Assembly (NCBI GenBank): GCA_013265495.1
Contig: MU057951.1
Location: forward strand, 283,599 to 347,598
Length of the DNA: 64,000 nt
From: Vicugna vicugna
Taxonomy: Eukaryota
Direction: 5' to 3'
Part shown: piece by piece, positions 14,901-27,399 of the stretch
Layout: each line of letters starts with the position of its first letter
How positions within the stretch are numbered: the first letter of the stretch is position 1
Notes under the pieces: generated by a model
Database searches by the model: none
Told to the model about the DNA's origin: nothing
Seen by the model: only the letters and a program-made list of their open reading frames with translations
Made by a program: the position numbers and the translations under genes

Positions 14901-15970
14901 TCTCTTATTTTGCTTATTTGTTCTCTCTCTTTTTTCTTCTTTGTCAGTTTGGCCAGAGGTTTGTCGATGTTATTTACTTTGTCAAAAAACAGCTTTAGGT
15001 TTGATTGATATTTTCTATTGTTTTTCTTAATCTGTATTTTATTTATTTCCTCCCTGATTTTTATTATTTCCTTCCTCTTTCTGACTTTTTGGGGTTTTTG
15101 TTCTTCTTTTTCTAATTATTTTATCTGGTGGGATAGATTGTTTATTTCAGATTGTTCTTCTTTTTTGAGGAAGGTCTGTGTGAATATAAACTTCCCTCTT
15201 AGCTCTGCCTTTGCTGCGTCCCATGAATTTTGAGTGGTTGTGTTTCCATTTTCATTTGTCTCAATATATTTTTTAATTTCAACTTTGATTTCATCATTGA
15301 CCCTTAGGTTTTTAATAACACAGTTTAATCTCCATGCTTTCATTTTTTTCTCCCTTGTTTCTCCGTAGTTGATTTCTAGTTTCATGACATTGTGGTCAGC
15401 TTAGATGTTTTTGAGTTAATTTCTAGCTTCTTAAAATTGTTGAGGTTTATTTTGTGCTCAAGTACATAATCAATCTTAGAAAATGTTCCATGTGCACTTG
15501 AAAAGAAAGTATATCTTTTTTTTTTAGGTTTAATGCTCTGAAAATATCCACCAAATCTAATTTTTCTATTGTATTATTGAATTTCTCTGTTGCCTTATTT
15601 ATTTTCTGTCTGACAGATCAGTCTAGTGATGTTAATGCAGTGTTAAAATCTCCAACAATGATTGTATTCTCATCACTATCCCTTTTTATCTCTGTTAGTA
15701 ATTGTTTTATGTACTTAGGTGTTCCTATATTGGATACATATGTATTAATGGTTGTAATATCCTCATCTTGTATTATTCTTTTAATCATTATAAAATGTCC
15801 TTCTTTATATTTCTTTCTGTCCTTTGTTTTAAAGTCTATTTTGTCTGAAATCAGTGATGCTATACCTGCTTTTCTGGCAGTTTTATTTACATGGAATATT
15901 TTTTTCCATCCTTTCACTCTCAATCTATATGTGTCTTCCCTAAGGTGGGTCTCTTTTATGCAGCATATTT
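11955..15970 (-). mobile_element. 5'-truncated LINE-1 (almost all of ORF2 plus 3' UTR), frameshifted
   Basis: Minus ORFs 15618-15923 (EN), 13802-14302 (RT, QGCPLS/YADN), 13503-13757, 13109-13393 and 12364-12708. Confidence 0.95.
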
Positions 15971-16762
15971 TAAAAATAGTTATTAAAATGCTAAAAGAAT
16001 TGAGATATTGTTGTTAGAAATGCAAAGACTGTAACAAGGTACTTGAAGATATAAAGAGACACCAATCATAATTAAACAACTCAATTGCCAAGATAAAAGT
16101 GATTCTAAAAGCAATGAATAGCAGAATGATTAATGCAGAAGAATGAATAAGTGATCTGGAAGATAGAATAATGGAAATCACTTAATCAGAATAATGTTCA
16201 GTAAGACAAATGAAAAGAATAAAAGGTACATATAAGACCTATGGGGTAAGATTAAACTTACCAGCCTATGCATAATAAGGGTCCCAGAGGGAAAAGAAAG
16301 AGAAGAAAATTGAAAGTTTATTTGAAGAAACTGTCTGAAAACGTTCTAAACACAGAGAAGGAAATAGCCAAATACAGAAGGAACAGAGGGTCCAAAATAG
16401 ATGAATCCAAACAGAGCCACAACAAGACATATTATAATTAAAATAACAAAACTTAGAATATTCTAAAGGTGGTAAAAGAAAAACAGTCAATTGCAGGGGA
16501 AACCCCAAATAACTATTAACTGGATTGTTCTGAAGGAACTTATAGGCCAGAAGGGAGTGACATGATATATTCAAATTCCTAAATTTGAAAAGCCTGCAAC
16601 CCAAGATACTCTACTTAGCAAATTAACATTTTGACCAAATGGAGGGATAAAAGAATTTCTCAAACAAGAACTTAAAAAAAAATCAGCCATGCTAAACCTA
16701 ATTTAAAAGAATTATTAAAAAGTAGTTTCTAAATAGAAAAGAAGCAAGAATCTATATGAGAG

Positions 16763-17140
16763 CAGAGAAAGTATCATATGACATCACTTATATGTGGAAT
16801 GTAAGAAAATTTATTACAAATAAACTTATTTACAAACTTGAAATAGACTCACAGATGTAGAAAGTGAAGATTATCAAAGGAAAAAAGAGTAGGGGGAGGG
16901 ATAATGTAGGAATTTGGGTTAACATATATGAACTACTACATAGAAAATAAATAGACAGCAATTATCTGTATTGCACAGGGAACTGCATTCAATATCTTGT
17001 AATAAGCTATAATGGAAGATAATCTTAAAAAGAATATATATACACACACAGATAAGAATATATATAACTGAATCACTTTGCTGTACACCTGAAATTAACA
17101 CAATGTTATAAATTCTATATTAATATAAATATTTAAAAAA
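16763..17140 (+). mobile_element. Short LINE-1 3'-end insert with TSD
   Basis: L1 3' UTR motifs. tatatgagag at 16753-16762 and 17141-17150. Confidence 0.8.
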
Positions 17141-18164
17141 TATATGAGAGGAGAAATTGCAATCAGAAAGGCAAATATAGAAAAAAAATTGAAGATCACT
17201 AAAATAAGCCAGTACAAAGATCAAATAAAACAAAAAAATTTTGTGAAAGTGATTACAACTACAAGAAACAGCCAAAGGATGAACATGAAGATGTAAAATA
17301 GAACAACAAAATCTCAAAAAGTGAGAAAGGGAGTAAAATGGTAGATATCTTATAATGTGTTTGAATTTATATAACTATCAGTCTAAAGCAAATAGATATA
17401 GTAATGCAATAATATAATTGAAAACCAGATAAACACAATAAAAAATATACAATGGATCAAAATAATCCAAAAATAAAAGCATTCAAACATAAAACAGAAG
17501 AAAACCACCAAAGCACAGAAGGAAAACCAAAAAGGAAAATGAACAAAGAAGAACTACAAAACCAACTGAGAAACAAAGTTTAAATTGGAAATATATGCAC
17601 ACTTTATAATTTCTTTAAATATCAATAGAATAAATGTTCTGATCCAAATACAACGTGGCAGATTGAATAACAAAGCAAGAACCTACAATAAACTGCCTAC
17701 AAGAGACTCATTTTAGGCTGAAAGCCAGAAAGATTGAAAGTGAGGAAATGGACAATATATTTCGTACAAATGGAATCAAAAAGAATGAGGTGTAGCAATA
17801 CTTATATAAGACCAAATAGACTTTAAAACAAAGTCAATAAAGAAAAAAGAGTTCACAATATAATAATAAAGTGATCAATAAAAGAAGAGGATATTGCACT
17901 TGTTAACAATTATGCACTCAATATAGAAGCACCTAAACATGTAAAAAAAATACTAACAGATGTAAAAGGGGAAATTGATAGGAATACAGTTATAATAAAT
18001 CATTGCAATACTCCTCTGATATTAATGGACAGATCTCCAAGACAGAAACTAATAAAACAATAGATCCTAAATCACACAATAGAACAGTGGGACTTAGTTG
18101 TTATCTACACAATATGACATTAAAAAAAAGATACATATTATTTTCAAGAATGCATGGAACATGG

Positions 18165-20195
18165 GATTTCTGGTCAAGATGGGAGAGTGGTAAGACCACG
18201 AGCACTCCTCTCCTCATGACTACAATGAAACCACAACTAACTGCTAAACAAATATCCAAAAAGACTGGGACCTAGCATAAAAGGTCTTTTTCAACTGGAA
18301 ACATAAATGGGGAACCACAGCAGGATGGTAAGTGGGGGACACTTGTGGTGTACTATGGCATTATACCCCTAGGTGGGCAACCTACAAGCTGAGGAATAAT
18401 TGGGACATAGAGGTCCTTCCACAGGAGTGAGAGTTCTGGGACCCATTTCAGGCTCCAAAGCCTGAGGTGCCAGCATTGGGAAGAGGAGGAGACCCCAGGA
18501 CATCTGGTTTTGAAGGCCAACAGGGCTTGGTTCCAGGAGTCCCACAGGACTGGGAGAAAACAGAGGCTTAATTCTCTCAGGAAGCATACACATAACATGT
18601 CCTGTGCCAGGTCCAAGTCCAGAGGCAGTAATTTCATAAAAACCTGGGCCAGGCATGCCTCCTGGTTTTGGAAGTTCTCCTGGGAATGCAGGGGATGGCT
18701 GCAGCTCACTAAGGGGACATAAAAGCTGGTGGAGGACATTTTTTGGAGTGTTCATCTACATCAGCTTTTCTGGAGGTTGACATCTTGATTGGATCATTAA
18801 CACCAAGGCATAGCCTCACCAAACAGCCTGTAGGGTAGTCTCATGCCAAACAACATACCAGGTGGGAACATGGCCCCATTCACCAGCAGACCTCCTGAAT
18901 TACAAAGAGCTCTATATATGGTCCTGTCTACCAGAGGTCCACAACCAAGCTTCACCCAGCAGTGGGCAGACAGAATCTCCTCCTGCCAGGAAGCCTGCAG
19001 AAGCCTCTATTCCAGCCTCATCTGCAAGGGGCATATACCACAAAAAAGAAATCAACAACCCCAAATCCTGTGGAAGAAATCCACAAACACAGTCCAGATT
19101 CTGCACTGGGACCAGCTGGACCCTTGCCCTTGGATGACAAGAGAGGAGTGTACTTCTGGGACACAAAGAACATCTCCCACAAAGGGCCATCTCTGCAAGG
19201 TCGAGAAATGTATCTAAGCAACCTAAAATTACAAATAGAAAGACAGAAAAGGTGAGGTGGAAGAGGAAAGTCTCCCAGGCCAAGCCACAAGATAAAATCC
19301 CAGAAGAAGAAATCAGTGGTGAGGAGATAGGCAATTTTTTTCTGAGAAAGAGCTTAATGATGGCAAAGATGTTCAGAGAACTCGAGGAGCATAAATGCAC
19401 AGAGTGCAGTTTTTGGGAAAGAGTTGCAAAATATAAAGTATGTGCAATTAGATTTGAAAAATAAAATCACTGAAATGAGTAACACACTAGAAAGAACCAA
19501 GAATAGACTAAATGAAGCAGAAGAACTGATCAATGAGCTGGAAGACAGATTAGTGGATATCACTACTCCAGAACAGAAAAAAAAAGACAAAAGAATTAAA
19601 AGAGATGAGGCTAGTTTAAGAGAACTTTGGAACATGAAATGCACTAATATTCACATTATAGGGGCCCCAGAAAGAAGAGAGTGAGAGAAAGAACCTGAGA
19701 AAATTTTTGAAGAGATAATAACCAAAAACTTCTTCAACTTGGGAAAGGAAACAGCCATCCAAGTCCAGGTAGCACAGAGAGTTCCACACAGGATCAACTC
19801 AAAGAGGAACACACCAAGGTACATAGTAATCAAACAGACAAAAATTAAGGATGAAGAGAAAATATTAAAATTAGCAAGAGAAAATGAACAAATAACATAT
19901 AAGGGAAATTCCCAAAAGGTTATCAGCTGATTTTCCAGCAGAAACTCTACAGGACAGAAGGGAGTGGCATGATATATTAAAAGTGATGAAAGGCGGAAAC
20001 TTACAATGAAGAATATTCCCAGCAAGGTTCTCATTCCGATTTGATGGAGAAATCAGAAGCTTCACAGATAAACAAAATCTAAAATAATTCAGCACCACCA
20101 AACCAGCTTTACAACAAATGTTAAAGGAATGTCTCTAGTCATCAAATCATAAGAAGGAGTACAAAAAGAAGAAAGAGGGGGGAAAAAAAAGACCA
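18165..20195 (+). mobile_element. LINE-1 5' UTR plus ORF1 (decayed)
   Basis: Starts GGTCAAGATGG. ORF1-like peptides at 19424-19684 (coiled coil, NIHIIGAPE) and 19739-19930 (VPHRINSKRNTPRYIVIK). Confidence 0.9.
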
Positions 20196-20484
20196 ACAAA
20201 AGATGGCTTTGGCAGATCTGGGTCTTTTGTGGTTATATATAAATTTTCAAATTGTTTGTTCTAGTTCTGTGAAGGATATTGTGAGTGTTTTGATGGGGTT
20301 ATATTGGATCTGTAGATTGCTTAGGTTAGTATGGCCATTTAGATGATGCTGATTCTTACAGTCCAAGAGCACAAGATAACTTTCCATTTCTTTGTATCAT
20401 CTTCAATTTTCTTTATCAAACATTTACACATTTCAGAGTATTGGTAACCTCCATGGTTAAGTTTATTTATAGGTATTCTGTGTT

Positions 20485-23290
20485 TTTATTTATTGAGTTA
20501 TAGTCACTTTACAATGCTGTGCAAATGTCCGGTGTAGAGCACAATTTTTTAGTTGTACATGAACATACATATATTCATTGTCTCACTGCCGTTCACTGTG
20601 AGCTACCACAAGATCTTGTATATATTTCCCTGTGCTATACAGTATAATCTTGTTTATCTATTCTACATATGCCTGTCAGTATTTACAAATTTCAACCTCC
20701 CAGACTGTCCCTTCCCACCCCCATCGCCCTGACAAACACAAATTTGTATTCTATGTGTATGAGTCTGTTTCTGTTTTGTATTTATATTCATTTGTCTTTT
20801 TCTTCCTTTCTTTCCTTTCTTCCTTCCTTTCTTCCTTCCTTCCTTTCTTTCCCTCTTTTTTTCTTTCTTTCTTTTTTTGGCTTTTGTGAATATGTTTATT
20901 TATATTTTTTAAAAGCACTAAGTCTACAGCCCTACTTTCTTTCTTCTTTCTTTCTTTCTTTCTTTCTTTCATTTCTCCTTCTCCTTCTCCTTCTTCTTTT
21001 TTTCCACATATGAGCAATCTCATATGGTATTTTTCTTTCTCTTTCTGGCTTACTTCACTTAGAATGACATTTCAGGGACATCCATGTTACTACAAATGGT
21101 GTTAAGTTATCATTTTATGGCTGAATAGTATTCCATTGTATAAATATACCACACTTTCTTTATCCAGTCATCTGTCAATGGACATTTAGGTTCTTCCTGT
21201 GTCTTTGCTATTGTAAATAGTGCTGCTTTGAACATTGGGGTGCAGGTGTCATCTTGAAGTAGGGTTCCTTCTGGATATATGCCCAGGAGCAGGATTATTA
21301 GGTGATATGGTAAGGCTATTTTTAGTCTTTTGAGGAATCTCCATACTGTTTTCCACAGTGGCTTCAATAAACTGCATTCCCAACAGTAGTGTAGGAGGTC
21401 TCCCTTTTCTTCACAGCCTCTCCGGCATTTGTCATTTGTGGACTTTTGACTGATGGCCATTTTGACTGGTGTGAGGTGATACATCATTGTAGTTTTGATT
21501 TGAATATCTTTCATAATTAGTTACATTGAGCATTTATTTATGAGTCTATTGATCATTCATAAGTTTTCAATGGAAAATTGCTTGTTTATGTCTTCTGCCC
21601 ACATTTGGACTGGGTTGTTTGTTTTTTTCTTTTTAAGTTGTATGAGCTGCTTATATATTCTCATCCTATGAAGCCACCATCACCCTGACACCAAAACCAT
21701 AGACACTACCAAAAAAAGAATTACAGACCAATATCACTGATTAACATAAATGCAAAAATTCTTAATAATATATTAGCTAATAGAATCCAACAGCAAATAA
21801 AAAATGATTATACATCATTATCAAGTGGGGTTCATCCCAGGGACACAAGAGTGGTTCAACATATGCAAATCAATCAATGTAATACATCACATCAACATGA
21901 GAAAGCACAAAAACCACATGATCATCTCAATAGATGCAGAAAAAACATTTGATAAAATTCAACAACCATTTATGATAAAAAAAAATACTCTCACCAAAGT
22001 GGTTATAGAGGGAACATATCTCAGCATACTAAAAACTATATATCACAAACCTACAGCCAGCATAGTACTCAACAGTGAAAAACTCAAAAACTTCCCAACA
22101 AAATGTGGGACAACACAAGGCTGCCCACTATCACCACTCCTATTCAACATAGTCTTGGAAGCCTTAGCCACACCAATCAGGCAAGAGAGAGAAATAAAAG
22201 GGATCCAAATTGGAAAAGCAGAGGTAAAAATATCACTATATGCCAATGACATGATACTATGTATAGAAAACCCTAAAAGGTCCACACAAAAACTACTAAA
22301 GCTGATCGAAGAATTCAGCAAGGTAGTAGGTTACAAAATGAACGTACAAAATCAGTTGCATTTCTTTACATTAATGATGAATCAACAGTAAATGAAAGTA
22401 AAGAAACAATTACTTTTATAGTAGCACACAATGTAATAAAATACCTAGGAATAAATCTAACCAAGTAGGTGAAAGACTTATACATGGAAAACTATAAACC
22501 ATTGATGAAGGATATTAAAGACTTTATAAAATAGAATGATATCCCATGTTCCTGGATTGGAAGAATCAATATTATTAAAATGGTCACACTGCCCAAGGCA
22601 ATCTACAGATTTAATGCAATCCATATCAAATTACCCAGGACATATTTCACAGAACTAGAACAAATCATAATAAAATTTATATGGAACCACAAAAGATTCA
22701 GAATTGCCAAAACATTACTGAAGGAAAAGAAAGAGGAATAACCCTCCCAGACTTCAGACAATACTACAGAACTACAATGATCAAGACAGCATGATATTGG
22801 TACAAAAACAGACATATGGACCAATGGAACAGAATAGAGAGTCCAGAAATGAACCCACAAACTTTTGGTCAATTAATCTTTGACAAAGGAAGCAAGAATA
22901 CACAATGGAATAAAGATAGTTTCTTCAGCAAATGGTGTTGGCAAAACTGGACATCAGCATATAAATCAATGAAGCTAGAGCATTCCCTTACATCATATAC
23001 AAAAATAATCTCAAAATGGATCAAAGAGTTAAACATAAGACAACATAAAATAAACCTCCTAGAAGAAAACATAGGTAAAGCATTATCTCACTTACATCTC
23101 AAAAATGTTCTCCTAGAACAGTCTACCCAAGCAATAGAAATAAAAGCAAGTATAAACACATGGGACCTAATTAAACTTACAAGCTTCTGCACAGCAAAGG
23201 AAACCATAAGCAACACAAAATGACAACATACGGAATGGGAGAAATTTTTTGCAAAAGATAAAACTGACAAAGGCCTGATCTCCAGAATAT
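20485..23290 (-). mobile_element. 5'-inverted LINE-1: 3' part on minus (20485-21660), inverted ORF2 part on plus (21662-23290), inserted in an older L1 fragment (20200-23320)
   Basis: Minus ORF 21110-21514 (C-terminus); plus ORFs 21804-22391 and 22816-23223. The two segments are contiguous in L1 (ctccagaatat/ataagcagctc). TSD tattctgt(t)gttttt at about 20474 and about 23288. Confidence 0.88.
20800..21003. repeat. (TTCC)n/(TTTC)n microsatellite tracts inside the L1 3' UTR
   Basis: Directly visible. Confidence 0.9.
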
Positions 23291-23421
23291 TCTGTTGTTT
23301 TTGATGCACTGGAAATGTTTATGCCAGTTATAAATTTCTAGTTTTTGAAGTGAAAATAAAAGTGAATGAAGGGCTGTAAGTGGCAAAATACCGTTCTTTC
23401 TTATGGATGAGTTTTATCCCA

Positions 23422-23473
23422 CTATATATATGTATATATATATATATATAATATATGTATGTATGTATATATA
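23422..23473. repeat. (TA)n/(TATG)n microsatellite
   Basis: Directly visible. Confidence 0.9.
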
Positions 23474-23779
23474 TTGGACTTACATTTCCTAATCTGGATT
23501 CTTAAAGAGTAGAGAGAAATAAAAGTGGGAAAGAGAAGAAATCAATGCAAAGGAAAAGAGAAAACATGTAAAAATAAGCTGAATAAGAAAAGGAAATGAT
23601 GGGAGCTTGAGTACGTTGTATTGAAAGAGAAGCCTGTAAATCCTCGTGACTGATGGGTGGAGGGTAGCTGTGAGATTGGGCACTTCTCCAGGATGAGAAC
23701 CCACCCGGGACCCTGACCCACATGGTGGTGACGGGCTGTCAGCTTCCTGCAGAGGACGGTGTCCTGTGTTCTTGGCCTC

Positions 23780-24030
23780 TCACCTTCAGTCCATTGGAAA
23801 GGTACAGTGGAGCTTCCCGGGGGCTCCACGACGTGCGAGACCACAGCAGACGGAGGGCAGAAGTGCTTGTGGGGACCCAGCTCACTTGTGTTGAGCCAGA
23901 CGGTAAGGAAATTTGTAGAAGTGTAAAACGATGCCACTCTTCTGGCGTTTTGTTTTGAAAAATAGTTATCCTTCATAAAAATTTGACATTTAATGGGCTT
24001 ATTACTTTAATAGGAATGAATACATAAAGT
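23780..24030 (+). mobile_element. hAT-Charlie DNA transposon fragment (Charlie1-like)
   Basis: tgtaaaacgatgccactcttct...ttttgaaaatagttat resembles the remembered Charlie1 3' region. Confidence 0.55.
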
Positions 24031-24046
24031 TTTAAATCCTTCTCTA

Positions 24047-24140
24047 TTTTTCTTCATTTTTTTAATGGAGGTACTGGGGATTGAACCCAGGACCTCTTGC
24101 ATGCTAAGCATGTGCTCTATCCCTGAGCCATATCCCTCTC
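24047..24140 (-). mobile_element. tRNA-derived SINE (camelid Vic-1 type)
   Basis: Minus strand GAGAGGGATATGGCTCAGGGATAGAGCACATGCTTAGCATGCAAGAGGTCCTGGGTTCAATCCCCAGTACCTCCATTAAAA, with A/B boxes and an A tail. Confidence 0.9.
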
Positions 24141-24885
24141 TCCTAGTTTTACATTTGAATATGGTATCTGTAGGTGTAACCTGCACACACACACAAAAGC
24201 ACTCTTTGAGACCCTCAGTGATTTTTCAGAGTGTCAGGGAGAGCTAAGACCAAAACGTTGGAGGCCCGCAGGGCTAAAGAATACAGATGAAGACTGTAGC
24301 CCAGCTTGTCAGGCGTGTGGCTGCTTAAGGTTCTCAGGGTGGAACTGCCAGTGAAAGGAGAGCAAAAGGTTGCATCTACTAACTGTGGCCGCCTTTGAGA
24401 AGGAGGCAGGTCAGTTAGATATTTATTCCAGGTGGGGCAGATGAATTTAGGGTGAAGGAGGTGAAAAGGTATTCTGGTCCTGCTTCAGGTGGTATTATTT
24501 TAAGACACTTTCATTTCGGGGTCCTTCCTGCTCAATCCGTCTCTCTGCAGTGCCAGCATCTGGCCCAGAGCCTGCCACAGAGCGCACATTAGATTCTTGG
24601 TTAAATGAAGGACTGGGTGGCCTGTTTCACGTGTGGGCTCAGTCCCTCAGTGGAACCCTGTGCATCGTGAGATTCTTCCATGTTGCCAGCCTTGACACGG
24701 GTGTGCAGAGCAGAAAAGCTGGCATGTTCCTGTTTGTAACAAAACCAGAGATCTGTGGGTTTGATCTTTGGGGGAAAAATTGGCATTTCCACGTAATCAG
24801 ACTGTCCAAATCATTCTTAGTCACTGCAGTCTGAGATGAGGATAGGCCGTAATTTTGTTCATTGTACTTTCATTTTAACGCCCAG

Positions 24886-26999
24886 CTGAACCTGAGGGGC
24901 TGTGTTCGGCCTCTGTCCTCTGTCACTACCCTGCTGAGACTGGTTGCCAAGCTGGGGCTCAGAGGTTCCAGGGCAGCTCACTTCCTGCCGAGGCAGCCAA
25001 CAGATATCGCCCAGGTAAGCTCTGCCTGTGCCTCTGTCCTGGGCTCGTTGGCAGTCCTTCAGCAAGCAGGAGTAATTTGTTATTGTCCCCTCTGAGTTAA
25101 GCTTGACTAATGTTTAAATAAAGTATAAAATCCGTTGCGTCAAGAATCCTACTCATGAGACATTTTCTTCTGATTTTACTGAATATGCATCGATCTTATT
25201 GAGTCTTATTGAATGATAATAATGGATTACAGTCTTTGGTGGATTTCTGGAACAGATACATAACATTTCATGGTAGATCGACCTTGAACTTCTGGGTTCT
25301 TTTCATCCTGTGTATTTGCTGATGTTAATCCCCAGATGAGTCAGTTTTATGATTCAGGGCCTGGGGGCTGCTGCTTTTTTTCCTGGTTGACGAATTTCTC
25401 TTACTGAGTGAAGTTAGATTTGGTTATGTTCATTAGCAGCTGCAGACAGCAAAGAATTTTATTTCAGGAGATGACCTGCAAATGATCGCTGAATGACTTT
25501 GACCCTTTGGGCCCCTAATGAATGAAATTGCCTTAAAAGGTTCAGGACATAGCTGTCATATCTCACAGGTTGCAAAGGTAATAACAGAATGGGAGATCAA
25601 GTTGGGACACAGAGCTGCCAGGTGATTTTTGATCCATGAGTTTTTATTTATTTTTTTATGGATTATTCCCTCTAAGGAGAAAGCCTCTGGTAGTAGATGT
25701 GTATTAGCTGAGGAAATGCCTTAAATTTCCTTTTCCGTGATTTATTTCATCCCCCACCAATAAGTGGTGCAGAGAACATTTATAAACCACCACTGAAGCC
25801 GCGCGGTCTGAACCTGGGTGCACTCTTTGTACACAATGAATCTGATGGTTCTTAAAGATAGGTTCATCATTCTTCCTCAGACGTTCTAGTGGTTTCAATG
25901 GGGTCTCAGCTACTGGAGGGGGAAGAGGCAGCCTGAGATGTGATAGAGGAGATCAGGTCTAGATGTCTCTGTTCCCCCTTTCCTGGGCTTGATTCTGACC
26001 TGAGGTCCCTCCCGTCAGTGTTCCCCCCACTGTGTTTATCCCTTGCTGTCGTCTCTGCTGTCTCTGGGAGGAGGTTCCAGCTTTCTAAGCCTCCGGTCCT
26101 CTGCTCCCTAGGAGTGCCTGGTGGGTGGCTTTGTTTTGTTGTCACCCTGCAATGTGAAGCGTCCTCATGTGCTGAGGCCATTCTACTCATGTGAGCAGTG
26201 AGGCTCAGAGATTTTGCAGTCATGTTTCTTTTTCCCCCTTGCTGAGTGTACGTGAAAAAGCTTTAAGCCTGAGAAAGGGCTCTGTCTGCAGAAATGTCTT
26301 TATTTGCTTTTGCATGGTGTAAAAACCTTGAGAACTTTTTAATCATTGAAGACAGTCTGTGGGGGAAACAGTCAGTGAAGCCCAGGTGAGACCTGGAAGA
26401 GCCGCACTTCCCTCACTGCCACGGGTGGTGACTTCACCCCTGTTCAGGCAGTAAAGGGCCCAGACCTGTGAACAGAGGTGACATCATGAATACATATGTG
26501 TATCCGCTGCATCACCTTGGGTGTTAATTTCAAGCTGAGGCAGTTTGTGGTGGCAGCCTCATCCTACATCAGAAATTTATGAGGAAGACCAGACAGACTT
26601 GATTAGTGCAGTATGAAGTTTTCATGAAATTAATGTCATTCTAGTAAGATAGGGACAAGTTAAAGTGTCTTAAGCAGAAAACCTTGAAGTTAAAGTGTCT
26701 TAAGCAGAAAACCTTGAAGATTATTTACATAGAATGTGTGTTTTTACAACTCAGAATTCGTATTGCCATGTAACCATCCACTAGAACTTTTAAATTTGAA
26801 GGAATCTGATCAGAACCATTAATTTAGAAAAATCAACATTAAATATTTTCAGGGAATAACCTTATCTCTTTTGTGATTGAAGAAAATTTTGATTTTTTTT
26901 CTGTGCTCTTAATAGGTTTTAAAATATCAAAACATTGATTTGACATGTCACTTTTTAAATAGAGAGAATAAAGTTCAAGCTGTTTTAATATGTAAGTAA
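24886..26999 (+). pseudogene. Unidentified multi-exon pseudogene, copy 1: exons 24886-25014, 25124-25272, possibly 25468-25577, and 26916-26991/26999
   Basis: AG/GT-bounded, phase-compatible exons: [43 protein letters not shown] | YKIRCVKNPTHETFSSDFTEYASILLNDNNGLQSLVDFWNRYITFH (open after removing a 10-bp tandem duplication) | ... | VLKYQNIDLTCHFLNRENKVQAVLI(CK*). Confidence 0.6.
26110..26955 (+). repeat. Segmental duplication block, paralogous to 61357-61870 plus 63680-64000
   Basis: Colinear matches such as caccctgcaatgtgaag, gtatccgctgc and aaccattaatttagaaaaatcaacattaaatattttcagg. This copy lacks about 1.8 kb and has a 30-bp tandem duplication (aagttaaagtgtcttaagcagaaaaccttg x2) at 26658-26717. 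Confidence 0.95.
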
Positions 27000-27399
27000 A
27001 TATTTTTGTATTTCAGCAAACTGGTGTGATTTCCTGACTCTTTGGGAAGTATTTTGCAAGACACTTAGATTATCTACTGTTGGAAAAATGCAGAAGTGAC
27101 ATTTATGAATATAGGACTAGTACAGATCTGTTGCTTTTTGATATACTGCAAGACATGAGGACTAGGAGAGATTTGCTGCTGATTGCCAGAAGGACAGATG
27201 CCAGGTCTCAGTTCCCCCTCCTGTAAAATGAAGAGGCTTAACTGGATTCTTTCCACTACTAAGATGAGTTTCCATGAGTCTATGTCTTTTGTTTATAATC
27301 AGGAGTATTTACAATTTCTGATTAAATGCTGAATACCACTCCCTTCCCCGAAGCAGAATTCAGTGTGTGCTAGATAAGCATTTAGTTATCTGATTCTTC

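Larger units (their letters stand above)
10285..18160 (+). mobile_element. Old LINE-1 5' half (5' UTR, ORF1, EN) hosting younger inserts at 11955-15970 and 16763-17140
   Basis: L1 5' UTR-like sequence at 10300-11850. ORF1-like sequence resumes at about 15970. EN-like sequence at 17600-18160. Confidence 0.75.

Noticed and set aside
24064..24140. tRNA gene
   Set aside because: The A-rich tail and three diverged dispersed copies indicate a tRNA-derived SINE.
24551..24630. Additional exon after a ctgcag acceptor
   Set aside because: The sequence resembles the L2 3' terminus and there is no strong donor.
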